Made by a program: the position numbers and the translations under genes. The notes under the pieces were generated by a model, which was not told where the DNA came from, did no database searches, and saw only the letters and a list, made by a program, of their open reading frames with translations. Shown piece by piece: positions 29,093 through 38,379 of a stretch of DNA of 64,000 nt. This DNA comes from a bacterium (GTDB lineage: Bacteria; Patescibacteriota; CPR2; UBA1875; JAJYID01), in contig JAUSJO010000006.1 of assembly GCA_030647205.1 (NCBI GenBank), positions 11,163 through 75,162 of the forward strand. Direction: 5' to 3'. The number at the start of each line of letters is the position of its first letter. Position 1 is the first letter of the stretch.

Positions 29093-30252
29093 ACTATCTG
29101 CCCCAAAGAAATTCCAGCGTCTCCTCTCGGTATTTCCCGACTAACTATAACTCCTTTAGAAACCAAGTATTCAGAGATGATTTTATTATTTGCGACTCCT
29201 CCGGCAAAGAATATCTGTTTCTTGCCCCCTCTTTTCTGGCAAATATCCCACAATCCTTTAGCCAAATACATTTGGGCAGTTGCCGCTAATCTTTCCTTAT
29301 CCTTATCAAGATTATTTATCAAATATTCAAAAAGCGGTGTCGTTTGAAGCTCAAAAGTGCCATCGACTCCCCTAGCTTCCGGCTCTATTTCATATGGTTT
29401 GCCAGAGTTTTTCTCCAAGTTCTCAATCGGCGCATGTTTATATTCTCTTTCATTTCCTGAAAAACCAAGAAGTACCGAAACTGCATCCAAAACTCTACCA
29501 GTGCTTGAAGTTTCCAGGCAGTTAAACCCCTCCTTATGTTGATTCCATAAAAGTTCAAATTCATTTTTGTCGTAATATTCTTTTACAAATTCATAAGCCT
29601 CATCTTTCTTCATGAATTTGCCTAGAATACTGATAATCATTCTCGCCGGTTCCTTTATAGCCAGTTCTCCTCCAATCAATGTCTGGTTTTCAAGATGTCC
29701 TATTCTTTTTTCTCCGCCATTTGAAAATTCAAAGACTTCCCCGCCCCAGATCTTTTCGTCAAGCCCATAACCAGTGCCATCGCAAGCAATGCCAATAAAT
29801 CCGTATTTGTCATTTCGACCGACTTCACGGAGTGACGAGTGGAGAAATCCCTTTCCCTCTTTGCTAAGAGATTCTTCGACTCCGCTATCGCTACGCTCAG
29901 AATGACAAGACTGAGTTATCATGTTATCCCCGACCGCAGAAAAGATGTGGGCCAAGTGATGCTGGACTTGGACAAACTCCACACCAAATTTACTTGCCAG
30001 CTCTTTGCCCCACTTCGTTGTATGAAATAAAGGATGAAGATCGCAAATAATGATATCTGGCTTGCCATTTTTATCTATAAAATCCAAAACGGCTCTCTTA
30101 AAATTTGAAAGATTTTTATTATCCAAGAGGTCGCCAAACCCGTCTCGAAAACAAACCTTCCCCTCCTTATAAAAAGAAAAGTTGCCATCAGACTCCGGGC
30201 CCAAGGCAAGAATAGTTCGATTACTTTCTAAATTAACAGTCCAAGACTTCAT
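29056..30252 (-). CDS. hypF: HypF C-terminal (Kae1-like) domain protein, N-terminal domains absent
   Basis: DLHP, VQHH.AH, DGTGYG.D..IWGGE, SSTGR..D, GGV..N, D.GISLGQ. Confidence 0.85.
   Translation of the reverse strand: MKSWTVNLESNRTILALGPESDGNFSFYKEGKVCFRDGFGDLLDNKNLSNFKRAVLDFIDKNGKPDIIICDLHPLFHTTKWGKELASKFGVEFVQVQHHLAHIFSAVGDNMITQSCHSERSDSGVEESLSKEGKGFLHSSLREVGRNDKYGFIGIACDGTGYGLDEKIWGGEVFEFSNGGEKRIGHLENQTLIGGELAIKEPARMIISILGKFMKKDEAYEFVKEYYDKNEFELLWNQHKEGFNCLETSSTGRVLDAVSVLLGFSGNEREYKHAPIENLEKNSGKPYEIEPEARGVDGTFELQTTPLFEYLINNLDKDKERLAATAQMYLAKGLWDICQKRGGKKQIFFAGGVANNKIISEYLVSKGVIVSREIPRGDAGISLGQIVYFLSVLSVNHS
29808..29907. repeat. Composite GTCAT...ATGAC repeat in frame in hypF
   Basis: Left arm matches 1748-1799; encodes CHSERSDSGVEES...REVGRND. 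Confidence 0.85.
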
Positions 30253-30458
30253 TTGCAGTGACAATGAGTATCTTTAATTAGGTTTAAAATAGTCCTAGCC
30301 TCACTCTCGGGCAAGGTTGCGATAGCTAGCTTGTCATGAGCTAAAATCCAATCGCCTTTTTTAACATTTGAGAGCAACTGAATAGAAATCTTTGATTTAC
30401 CTGCATATACAAAGTTCTTTTCGACTTTCTCTACTTGTACCGGTGTCGCCAAGCACAT
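30249..30458 (-). CDS. hypC: Second HypC-family chaperone
   Basis: MCLATP...GDWILAH. Confidence 0.85.
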   Translation of the reverse strand: MCLATPVQVEKVEKNFVYAGKSKISIQLLSNVKKGDWILAHDKLAIATLPESEARTILNLIKDTHCHCK

Positions 30459-30614
30459 AATATAAGTTCCCAATTAAATAATCCTAACTGCTAAAAGTAT
30501 ATCACTAAAAAATATATCTAAAAAGCAAAACCCCGCAAGTTTGCGTTTTGCTTTTTGCAAACCTACGGGGCAGTTTTTTTGAAATACGGTAATGATGAGC
30601 TGACATCCTAAATA

Positions 30615-30893
30615 CTATTGGCCTCCTTCAAGTTCATTTTTTCCCTTTTCGGCGGTCTTTCCTTTGCCATAAGGACAGATGGTGTCTGTGCTAAGCCCGG
30701 TGCTACAAATGATAGTTTTACCACCTTCATTTCTGGTACCATCACACTCTCCGCATTTAACAGGAACAATGTGTATATCAAGGCTTGGGATGGTAATGGT
30801 CTTTCCCTTAGACAGACTTTCTCTCAAGAAAAGCCCGGCCATGCAGTCCCTGACTTTATTAAAGTACTCCTTCTTCTCCTCCATTATCGCCAT
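30615..30893 (-). CDS. Hypothetical Cys-containing protein
   Basis: ORF with SD, last in a three-gene unit. Confidence 0.55.
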   Translation of the reverse strand: MAIMEEKKEYFNKVRDCMAGLFLRESLSKGKTITIPSLDIHIVPVKCGECDGTRNEGGKTIICSTGLSTDTICPYGKGKTAEKGKNELEGGQ

Positions 30894-30904
30894 CTTGCCC
30901 CCCC

Positions 30905-31270
30905 TCAATGTTTCCCGGCATATCGCAGACGTATACCCAAAGACATAGTAGGGCATAACGCCCACACTACTAGCTTAACCAGAGCTATCTTTGCCTTGCC
31001 ACTCTCGCTATACTTGAGATCCAGATGCATCTCCTCCCGAAAATGTTTTACACCAAGAAGCGCCATTGTCTTAGGATTTAGCGGCTTCATAGATACACCA
31101 AGGATGAAATTGATTTTCTTCGCCCTCTCCATGGCTTGCCGATGTCTCAGACGACAAAGCTCAAGTTCATATTTCTCCTCTGTAGTAAGCTCCATGAGAG
31201 GAAACTTCCTTGCATACTCCTTAAAGCCCGCTCTCACAGATGCGATATCATTTGGTTTTACCCGCTCCAT
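30905..31270 (-). CDS. Hypothetical protein
   Basis: ORF preceded by AAGGAGG. Confidence 0.6.
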   Translation of the reverse strand: MERVKPNDIASVRAGFKEYARKFPLMELTTEEKYELELCRLRHRQAMERAKKINFILGVSMKPLNPKTMALLGVKHFREEMHLDLKYSESGKAKIALVKLVVWALCPTMSLGIRLRYAGKH

Positions 31271-31279
31271 CTATCCTCC

Positions 31280-31675
31280 TTAACTATTGTCTGTAATGAG
31301 TTTCTGTTGTATCCTCCCTGAGAAAAAGAGAATTTTTTCTCTCTCCTCCGGCTGAAAATACGACAGCACTTTCTCCGCATGATCTTTTGACTCTGTCGAA
31401 TGATTTACAAACGCTTCATTTGACCCGTGGTTTAAAACATAGAGATATCCCCATCTTTCCATGAGCCCTAAAGCGGTTGTTATTTCCGGACTTCTCGGAG
31501 TAGTCTCGCCTGAAGAAAATGTGATACCCCTATCCGCAAAAAACTGAGGATATTCATCAGCTAGTTCACGAAAAGCCGCGTGCATCAGATCCTCATCGTA
31601 CGGAAACTTCTGGTCTGGAAACTCACTTAAAATAACAAACATTAGATCTGAGGAATATATTTCTGCACCTGCCAT
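31280..31675 (-). CDS. Hypothetical protein (possible winged helix)
   Basis: Start MAGAEI after AGGAGG; promoter and boxA-like motif upstream. Confidence 0.6.
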   Translation of the reverse strand: MAGAEIYSSDLMFVILSEFPDQKFPYDEDLMHAAFRELADEYPQFFADRGITFSSGETTPRSPEITTALGLMERWGYLYVLNHGSNEAFVNHSTESKDHAEKVLSYFQPEEREKILFFSGRIQQKLITDNS

Positions 31676-31771
31676 TTTCTGGCCTCCTAATATTGGGTTT
31701 TCAAGGAGCACCCTCCCCATTCATTACTGATTATTTTACTATAGAATAATCGTTTTGTCGAAAAAGAAAAA

Positions 31772-31799
31772 GCCCCGAAGTTTTTAAAAACTTCGGGGC
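31772..31799 (-). terminator. Intrinsic terminator
   Basis: gccccgaag...cttcggggc with U-tract on minus strand. Confidence 0.8.
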
Positions 31800-31811
31800 C
31801 TGAAAGTACAC

Positions 31812-32564
31812 TTATAACCAGCTCAGAACCCATCTGGCTCCAAGGTCAACAAACACAAGAGCAAAAAGGGGAGCCATAAGGGAGAACCATGCTCTAAAGA
31901 AGAGACAAACCGAATAGAGTTTCGCCTCAAAGCAAATCTCTCCATTAGAACGGATCGGCTTGATAGAGAGCAGATCACCAACAAAGAACTGCCAGAGTTT
32001 CCTTAAAAATCCCCCTTTGAGCATATTTACGCGCGCTTTGCGTTCCCGTATACGGACAACCACAAACCAGATGACTGAGCTGATAGCTATCAATACACTC
32101 ATGGCTATAAGGTAGCCATATATGTATGGAGCAAGATTGTCCGCAAAGTTCTCTCTGGGAATCATGGAAGCTATCCAGGTAACAAGGGAATCTGCGCCTT
32201 TCAACATTAGCCAGACGCATGACACAATGACCATGATCACAGATATTAAAAATTCTGCGAAAATGACCCTTTCGTCTCCTTCATCCCTGGATGTACGTAT
32301 CATCCAAATCACAAATGACATGCCGGCCAATGATATGGCCAGCAAAACAAGAGGATATACTATGCCGTACTGGTCCAGAAACGAAACAAAGAAAAACGAC
32401 GTAACTGCCCCTTGCTCGCCTCCCTTACTCAATGCTATCAGAGGCAAAGAAAGAACGAGAGATATGGCCGCGATAACAAACGACCATGATATCAGTCGGT
32501 ATAGTGCTTTCTCTAGGCCTTTCGGCGGACTTGCCTTGTAATCTATCGCCTGATCAATTGCCAT
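31812..32564 (-). CDS. Hypothetical polytopic membrane protein
   Basis: About 5 hydrophobic segments; SD AGGAGG. Confidence 0.7.
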   Translation of the reverse strand: MAIDQAIDYKASPPKGLEKALYRLISWSFVIAAISLVLSLPLIALSKGGEQGAVTSFFFVSFLDQYGIVYPLVLLAISLAGMSFVIWMIRTSRDEGDERVIFAEFLISVIMVIVSCVWLMLKGADSLVTWIASMIPRENFADNLAPYIYGYLIAMSVLIAISSVIWFVVVRIRERKARVNMLKGGFLRKLWQFFVGDLLSIKPIRSNGEICFEAKLYSVCLFFRAWFSLMAPLFALVFVDLGARWVLSWL

Positions 32565-32820
32565 TTTGAGCCACCTCCTTTTCTTCGAAAGTTATCACTT
32601 TCTTGAATGCTCTCTCCACGATCCCGGATAGTTTGTCAGATGCGATAACCACTACCACGATAATTATCGAGGACATGAAGATAGCAAAAGGGATCGCTGA
32701 GGCATTAGGGATACGCATCGTGTAGTCTATAATCTTAAGCCCAAGATAGAGGCAGCCGTACATCAAACCATATCCTGCCACCCACCACAACCATTTGTGT
32801 TGTTTCAGAACGATCGGCAT
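32554..32820 (-). CDS. Hypothetical two-TM protein
   Basis: Hydrophobic ORF with SD. Confidence 0.65.
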   Translation of the reverse strand: MPIVLKQHKWLWWVAGYGLMYGCLYLGLKIIDYTMRIPNASAIPFAIFMSSIIIVVVVIASDKLSGIVERAFKKVITFEEKEVAQNGN

Positions 32821-32832
32821 CAGATCCCTCCT

Positions 32833-33321
32833 TCATTGAGTGTAGATGTTGTATTCATCTGTAATCTCCAGGATCGGAGTCAGCTCTTCTGCAGTAACTA
32901 CTCGGAAAGCTTTCCGGAGCATCTCAACGTTTTCTAGTCGCATGTACAAAGATGCATCTAGATCCTCGAGATCACATGGTTCAGTGCTATCAGCTATTAG
33001 TCGGTGGTCATCTCCGGAATGAACTTCAATGAATCCGCATGGCTGGTTGTCGTCTCCTGCCCGCAAGCAATCCTTCAAGGTTTGCCCATGGACCCACTTG
33101 GCCAGCTCCAGGAACTTAAGCGCCCTTACCGCTATAATCACCGAGCGCTGCTCTCCTGACTCAAAGGCCAGAGTAAGCTCCGGGTTTCGACCAGCGGTCA
33201 TGAGACCGATACCGATCCGATGTGTCCCGCCGGAATCATTTATCCCGATAAACGGAATCGTCTTTAACCGGTTGCCAAAAACAAACTTCTCACTTTCTTC
33301 ACTTCGGGAAACTATGATCAT
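32833..33321 (-). CDS. Hypothetical protein
   Basis: Start MIIVSR coupled by TGATG overlap to upstream ORF. Confidence 0.6.
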   Translation of the reverse strand: MIIVSRSEESEKFVFGNRLKTIPFIGINDSGGTHRIGIGLMTAGRNPELTLAFESGEQRSVIIAVRALKFLELAKWVHGQTLKDCLRAGDDNQPCGFIEVHSGDDHRLIADSTEPCDLEDLDASLYMRLENVEMLRKAFRVVTAEELTPILEITDEYNIYTQ

Positions 33322-33542
33322 CAGATTACTCCTTTGTTCCTTGTCCGCGACCTTCGGTATGCCAAGACAGATAATGTGATAACAACCGCACAAAGTATTG
33401 CTAAAAACGCAGCTACATAATCCATGAAGTTCCAGAACGTTTCGTATGGCACGTTTCTGAAACAATAGGCAGAAATAATAATGCCCATGAAGATGACTGC
33501 CCAAATAGACGCCGCTTTAAGGGTTTCTTTCAATATAAACAT
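33321..33542 (-). CDS. Hypothetical two-TM protein
   Basis: Start MFILKE after GGAGGT. Confidence 0.6.
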   Translation of the reverse strand: MFILKETLKAASIWAVIFMGIIISAYCFRNVPYETFWNFMDYVAAFLAILCAVVITLSVLAYRRSRTRNKGVI

Positions 33543-33565
33543 TAGATCCCACCTCCATCGATGTT

Positions 33566-33632
33566 TTTTCAAAGAACTGCTTGTTTTTAAAGCTATAAAG
33601 TTGATTTTATCACATTTATCACCTTTTAGCAA
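33566..33632 (-). promoter_or_regulatory. Promoter plus boxA (GTTCTTTGAAAA)
   Basis: TTGCTA-17-TAAAAT (TG extended), then GTTCTTTGAAAA at 33566-33577. Confidence 0.7.
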
Positions 33633-33660
33633 TAGAAAAGAGCCCTGTGAAGGAAAAATA

Positions 33661-33984
33661 TCACAGGGCCCCGCCGCACTTTTTGCATGTCTTTAGGTGT
33701 GGGTATTCAATCATATCGGTTAGCGGGCTTGCATAAATGCGGCCACGCAGTTTCCAATATTCATACCTTTTGTCCCTCGTTCTTTCATTTTCCCCTTCGG
33801 GATAGAACTTACAGGAACATTTGCTGCCTTTGTTTCTCTGTTTTGATCTCGTTGCTTCGGCTACTGCGCCAAAAGCAATAGTTATAGCAAAAAACATTAA
33901 AGATATCACGGTTGAAAGTGTGCTGCAAAAACCACTCAAAAAGTGTTTCGAGTGCTTCTTTACTTTTTGAGCCAAAGTACTCAC
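33661..33984 (-). CDS. Hypothetical TM protein with Cys motifs
   Basis: GTG start after AAGGAGG; CSC...CKKC. Confidence 0.6.
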   Translation of the reverse strand: MSTLAQKVKKHSKHFLSGFCSTLSTVISLMFFAITIAFGAVAEATRSKQRNKGSKCSCKFYPEGENERTRDKRYEYWKLRGRIYASPLTDMIEYPHLKTCKKCGGAL

Positions 33985-34116
33985 CTCCTTAAAATCCTGT
34001 ATTTTTTAGAGACGTGAAAAATATCCTAACATAAACCAAGCCTAAAAATCAAGGATAATCCTTACCAGGCTAATTGTTAAATTGCAAAAATTTGTTTATG
34101 CGCCTACTATATTCTT

Positions 34117-34860
34117 ATGGTAAGTAATCTTCTTTCTGTAATTATGTATTCGCTTATTGCCGGACTGGCGACATATCTTTCAGCGCAGTTTGTCATAAGG
34201 GACAAAAAGCTTTCTACTAAAAAAGTGATTTATTTTGTTAGCTTTTCTGCCGGCGCCCTTTTTTCTTTGGCATTTTTTCATCTAATACCCGAGGCGCTTG
34301 ATTTAAACCCAAAAAATGCGCTTTATGCTACAGTTGGCGCCTTTGTTCTCTTCTATTTCCTAGAGCAACAAATCATGATGCACTCCTGCGAGGAAGAAAA
34401 ATGCTCCCATCACCATGTCGACAAAAGCAAAGGTCTGGTTGGACTTTGGGGGATTCTGCTGCACTCTCTCATTGACGGCGCGCTTATCGGCATCGGATTT
34501 GAAGTAAACTTTGCCCTTGGGCTCGTCACTGCCCTTGCAGTTTTGGTCCACAAAATACCGGATGGCATATCCGTCTCGAGCATTATGCTCCATAGCGGAT
34601 TTACAAAAAAAGACACTAGTAGAAATTCTTCACTTGTAGCTATTGCTACTCCTATCGGAGCAATTCTAGCCTACTTTCTCCTCCGTGGAGTTTCAAATGA
34701 TTGGATTGGTTTAGCGCTCGGCTTTTCTGCAGGCACATTCCTCTACATCTCCGCCAGCGACCTCATCCCCGAAACACACGAAAATGTAAACTGGCTAAAT
34801 GGGTTCTTTGTGGTTTTGGGTATCATAGCGATAGTATTTACTAAGATATTGATAACATAG
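34117..34860 (+). CDS. ZIP family metal transporter
   Basis: HLIPEA, His-rich loop, HSLIDG, HKIPDG, DLIPE. Confidence 0.93.
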   Translation: MVSNLLSVIMYSLIAGLATYLSAQFVIRDKKLSTKKVIYFVSFSAGALFSLAFFHLIPEALDLNPKNALYATVGAFVLFYFLEQQIMMHSCEEEKCSHHHVDKSKGLVGLWGILLHSLIDGALIGIGFEVNFALGLVTALAVLVHKIPDGISVSSIMLHSGFTKKDTSRNSSLVAIATPIGAILAYFLLRGVSNDWIGLALGFSAGTFLYISASDLIPETHENVNWLNGFFVVLGIIAIVFTKILIT

Positions 34861-34886
34861 AAACTACCGCCTATCCTCGTAAATAA

Positions 34887-35441
34887 CTACCTAAACTGGT
34901 TTACTTGCTGCAGTATTGCCTCTAGGTCGTCTGCAGCTCCGGCTATCTTCTCTTCACCTGTTGCTACTCGTCCTTCTCGTCTCCCTAAACTATCATACTC
35001 CGTAAGTGACCATTCAAAACAGTCTCTCAGTGCTGATATATTGAGTTGCTTGTTTTCGTAACTAGAAAATATTGATTTTAGAGGAACACGGGAGTTTAAA
35101 GTTTCAAGCGCTTTAGCCTCTTCGTTTTTCATCCCAGCCTGTCTTTTTTTAACTTCATCATAATAGTATAAACTTGCCCTAATAAGGTTCTGCCCCTCTT
35201 GTGCTTGTCTACCTATTAAATTCGCTTCACTAGAAGTTTTCCCCTGTATTGGTAGTTTATCCAAATTATTAACAAAGTTTTTAAAATCAGAACTCTTATA
35301 AAGATCGCTAATGTCGCCAAATCTTTGAAATTTCTCGATTTCAGAGACATCTTTGTAAGGCTTTTTTCCTATTTGTTGTTCACTAGGAGACTCTATACTT
35401 GATGACCCATCCTCTGTATTAAAATTGCCTATCTCGGTCAT
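34887..35441 (-). CDS. Hypothetical protein
   Basis: 184 aa ORF filling an intergenic gap. Confidence 0.6.
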   Translation of the reverse strand: MTEIGNFNTEDGSSSIESPSEQQIGKKPYKDVSEIEKFQRFGDISDLYKSSDFKNFVNNLDKLPIQGKTSSEANLIGRQAQEGQNLIRASLYYYDEVKKRQAGMKNEEAKALETLNSRVPLKSIFSSYENKQLNISALRDCFEWSLTEYDSLGRREGRVATGEEKIAGAADDLEAILQQVNQFR

Positions 35442-35482
35442 ATCGCTTCTCCACGGTTAGTGTTTTGATTATATATCAATTA

Positions 35483-37261
35483 CTACTTCTTCAAAAGCTT
35501 TACAAAAACATCTGAAGGAATAGAAACTCTGCCGATCTGGGCCATTTTTTTCTTGCCTTTCTTTTGCTTTTCGAGAAGTTTTCTTTTTCTAGTTACATCA
35601 CCTCCATAGAGTTTGGCCGTTACGTCCTTGCGGTAAGGAGAGATATCTTCGCGAGCGACAATCTTACCGCCAAGGGCCGCCTGCAAAGTGATTTTGAACG
35701 CCTGTTTTGGTATCAGATCTTTCAACTTTGTGACTATTTTCTGCCCTTGCCCAAATGCCTCGTCTCTATGAACTATCATTGAGAGCGTATCAGCCGGCTC
35801 CCCCGAGATAAGTATGTCCATTTTAACCAAGTCTGATGCTCGAAAGCCTATCATTTCGTAGCTGAGAGAAGCGTAACCAGAAGAAACACTCTTAAGATCG
35901 TCATAGTAGTCGGTAACTATCCCAGAAAGTGGCGCTTCAAAGGTGATGAGGGCGGTATTCTCCTCAAGGTAGCTGATATTTTTCATGGCTCCGCGTTTAC
36001 CTTGGGTCAGTTCCATTATCCGCCCAACATATTCCTTCGGTGTAACCACCTCAAGTTTGAGCCACGGCTCGCGGATTTCGTTTATCTCTGAGCGATCCGG
36101 CATATCGGCCGGGCTTTTGATCAAGAGCACTTCACCGCTTGTTCTTGCTATCTCATATGAAACGCTCGGAGTAGTAATTATTAAGTTTAATCCAAACTCA
36201 CGCTCTAGCCTTTCTTTCACTATCTCCATATGAAGAAGCCCAAGGAATCCGCAACGAAATCCAAAGCCTAAAGAAACAGAATTCTCCGGTTCATAAACAA
36301 GAGCCGAGTCGGACAGTTGCAGCTTGGAAAGAGCTTCGCGCAAAACCTGATAATCTTCGCCGGAAGTAGTGAAAAGCCCGGTAAAAACAAATGGCATCAC
36401 TTTCTTGTAGCCGGGCAGAGGATCTTTCGCAGGAGCAGAGTTTAGTGTGACCGTATCTCCAACTCTTGCCTCGGATACATCTTTCAAGCCCGTAACAATA
36501 TAGCCAATTTCTCCGCATGTTAGGTCGTTTTTGGGATGAAAATCAGGCGTTAAGTAGCCTATTTCGAGTGTCTCACCCTGTGTATTCGTCGCCATCATTT
36601 TCAGCTTATCACCTTTAGTAATTTTCCCGTCAAAAATGCGGACATAAGTAATTACACCTCTATAGCTATCAAAAAATGAATCAAAAATGAGCGCCTTTGT
36701 CTCGCCGTCAGGGCTCCCTTTTGGTGCCGGCACTTTCTCAATAATCCTATCTAAAATATGTGTCACTCCCTCACCGGTTTTTCCTGAGGCCAAGATTATT
36801 TCATCCTCGCTTATTCCCAGCAAATCGATAATTTCCTTTGAAACTTTTTCCGGCTCGGCATGAGGAAGGTCAATCTTGTTTACCACTGGGATTATTTCCA
36901 AGCCCTGATCGATCGCCATGGTTAATGTGGTGAGCGTCTGCGCCTCAATTCCTTGAGAAGCATCGACAACTAGGATTGCCCCGTCAACAGCCGAGAGAGA
37001 ACGCGAAACCTCATATGAAAAGTCGACATGACCGGGAGTGTCTATCAGGTTTAGAATATTTCCCTTATACTCCATTCTCGCCGGCTGCAGCTTGATAGTG
37101 ATGCCGCGCTCCTGCTCAAGCTCCATAGTATCAAGCATCTGTTTTTTCATATCACGTTTTTGTATGGTGCCGGTCACTTCCAAAAAACGGTCAGCCAAAG
37201 TCGACTTACCGTGATCAATGTGAGCTATGATGCAAAAATTTCTAATATTTTCTTGTTTCAT
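35483..37261 (-). CDS. lepA: Elongation factor 4 (LepA)
   Basis: AHIDHGKSTLADR, ERGITIK, GFRCGFLGLLH, YGGDVTRK.KLLEKQK.GK. Confidence 0.98.
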   Translation of the reverse strand: MKQENIRNFCIIAHIDHGKSTLADRFLEVTGTIQKRDMKKQMLDTMELEQERGITIKLQPARMEYKGNILNLIDTPGHVDFSYEVSRSLSAVDGAILVVDASQGIEAQTLTTLTMAIDQGLEIIPVVNKIDLPHAEPEKVSKEIIDLLGISEDEIILASGKTGEGVTHILDRIIEKVPAPKGSPDGETKALIFDSFFDSYRGVITYVRIFDGKITKGDKLKMMATNTQGETLEIGYLTPDFHPKNDLTCGEIGYIVTGLKDVSEARVGDTVTLNSAPAKDPLPGYKKVMPFVFTGLFTTSGEDYQVLREALSKLQLSDSALVYEPENSVSLGFGFRCGFLGLLHMEIVKERLEREFGLNLIITTPSVSYEIARTSGEVLLIKSPADMPDRSEINEIREPWLKLEVVTPKEYVGRIMELTQGKRGAMKNISYLEENTALITFEAPLSGIVTDYYDDLKSVSSGYASLSYEMIGFRASDLVKMDILISGEPADTLSMIVHRDEAFGQGQKIVTKLKDLIPKQAFKITLQAALGGKIVAREDISPYRKDVTAKLYGGDVTRKRKLLEKQKKGKKKMAQIGRVSIPSDVFVKLLKK

Positions 37262-37342
37262 GAAAGTAAATTATAGCAGAAAAAGAGCCAAATTTCGAGC
37301 TTATGTGAAAAAGAAAAGGCGACAACTTTGAAGTTATCGCCT

Positions 37343-38281
37343 TTAGATAAGGATAGGTGAATTTGCCTGTCTAACTATCTTTTGTACTCTCCAGAAACGC
37401 AGAATTGCAGCCGAACTTATGTATACAGACGATGCACCGGCGTAATAGGCAAGATCAACATCCTCTGGGCAAAGTATGCCTCCGCCTAAGTTGATCGGCT
37501 TGGTAAAGCCTAGTGATCTGGCAACTCCAACCATTTCAACTGCGAGAGGAAACAAGGGCTTACCTGATAGAGATCCACCGCCATATTTGGCTAGAGGAGA
37601 TACATCACTTCCCCAGGCTTCTTGCCAGTCAACGAGTGATGACCCAAAGGGGATACTGTTGATCATGCAAAGAGCATCGCAGTATGGGTTCTCCTCAAGA
37701 TCCATTATTATATCCGTCGGATCAGGTTCAAGACCAAACTTCACCATCAAGGGTACATGAAGCTTGCCGGCTATCTCAAGTACATCCTCTAGATATTGGT
37801 AGAGTTTATAGAGACTACAGTCAGAGTTCGGACATGAAACATTGATCTGAATCCCAAACGGCGCCTTGAAACCACCTCTATAGCGCTCGATGAGCTCCAC
37901 CATTTTCTTCATTTCTTGATCCGGCTTTTCACTTATAGTCATGACCGAAATGAAGAAAGGCTCTGTTCTTTTTTGCCACTCACCTGCTCTTAGCAATGCT
38001 TCCAGACCTGGGTTTGAAAGGCTAATGGCATTTAGGACCGACCCCTTTCGAAACTTAACCCGTATTGCTCTCGGCAATAATCCTTTCGGGCGAAAGTTAT
38101 CCTTTAAGGGAAGATTTCCTCCTTGAGGTTCAAGTGTTGCGGTTTTTGCAACAAATGTAATACCATCGAAGCTTCCGCCAACATGCTTTGTGACTCTGTG
38201 ATACCAATAGCCCTCTCCAAAAAATCCCTGGACTCCGGACCCACCAAGAACGTTTCCAAAATCAATGCCACGAAGCTTCAT
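37343..38281 (-). CDS. Dihydroorotate dehydrogenase-like flavoprotein
   Basis: AKT, NAISLSNPG, NVSCPN, GGSLSG, GGGI. Confidence 0.8.
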   Translation of the reverse strand: MKLRGIDFGNVLGGSGVQGFFGEGYWYHRVTKHVGGSFDGITFVAKTATLEPQGGNLPLKDNFRPKGLLPRAIRVKFRKGSVLNAISLSNPGLEALLRAGEWQKRTEPFFISVMTISEKPDQEMKKMVELIERYRGGFKAPFGIQINVSCPNSDCSLYKLYQYLEDVLEIAGKLHVPLMVKFGLEPDPTDIIMDLEENPYCDALCMINSIPFGSSLVDWQEAWGSDVSPLAKYGGGSLSGKPLFPLAVEMVGVARSLGFTKPINLGGGILCPEDVDLAYYAGASSVYISSAAILRFWRVQKIVRQANSPILI

Positions 38282-38379
38282 ACAAGTTCACCCCCCTTAT
38301 TTTGTAAGGTACATTTGAGCAACAAAAAAGCTGAGATTACCCTCAGCACTTTTATTCTATCATTTCGGAACTTAAAAAG

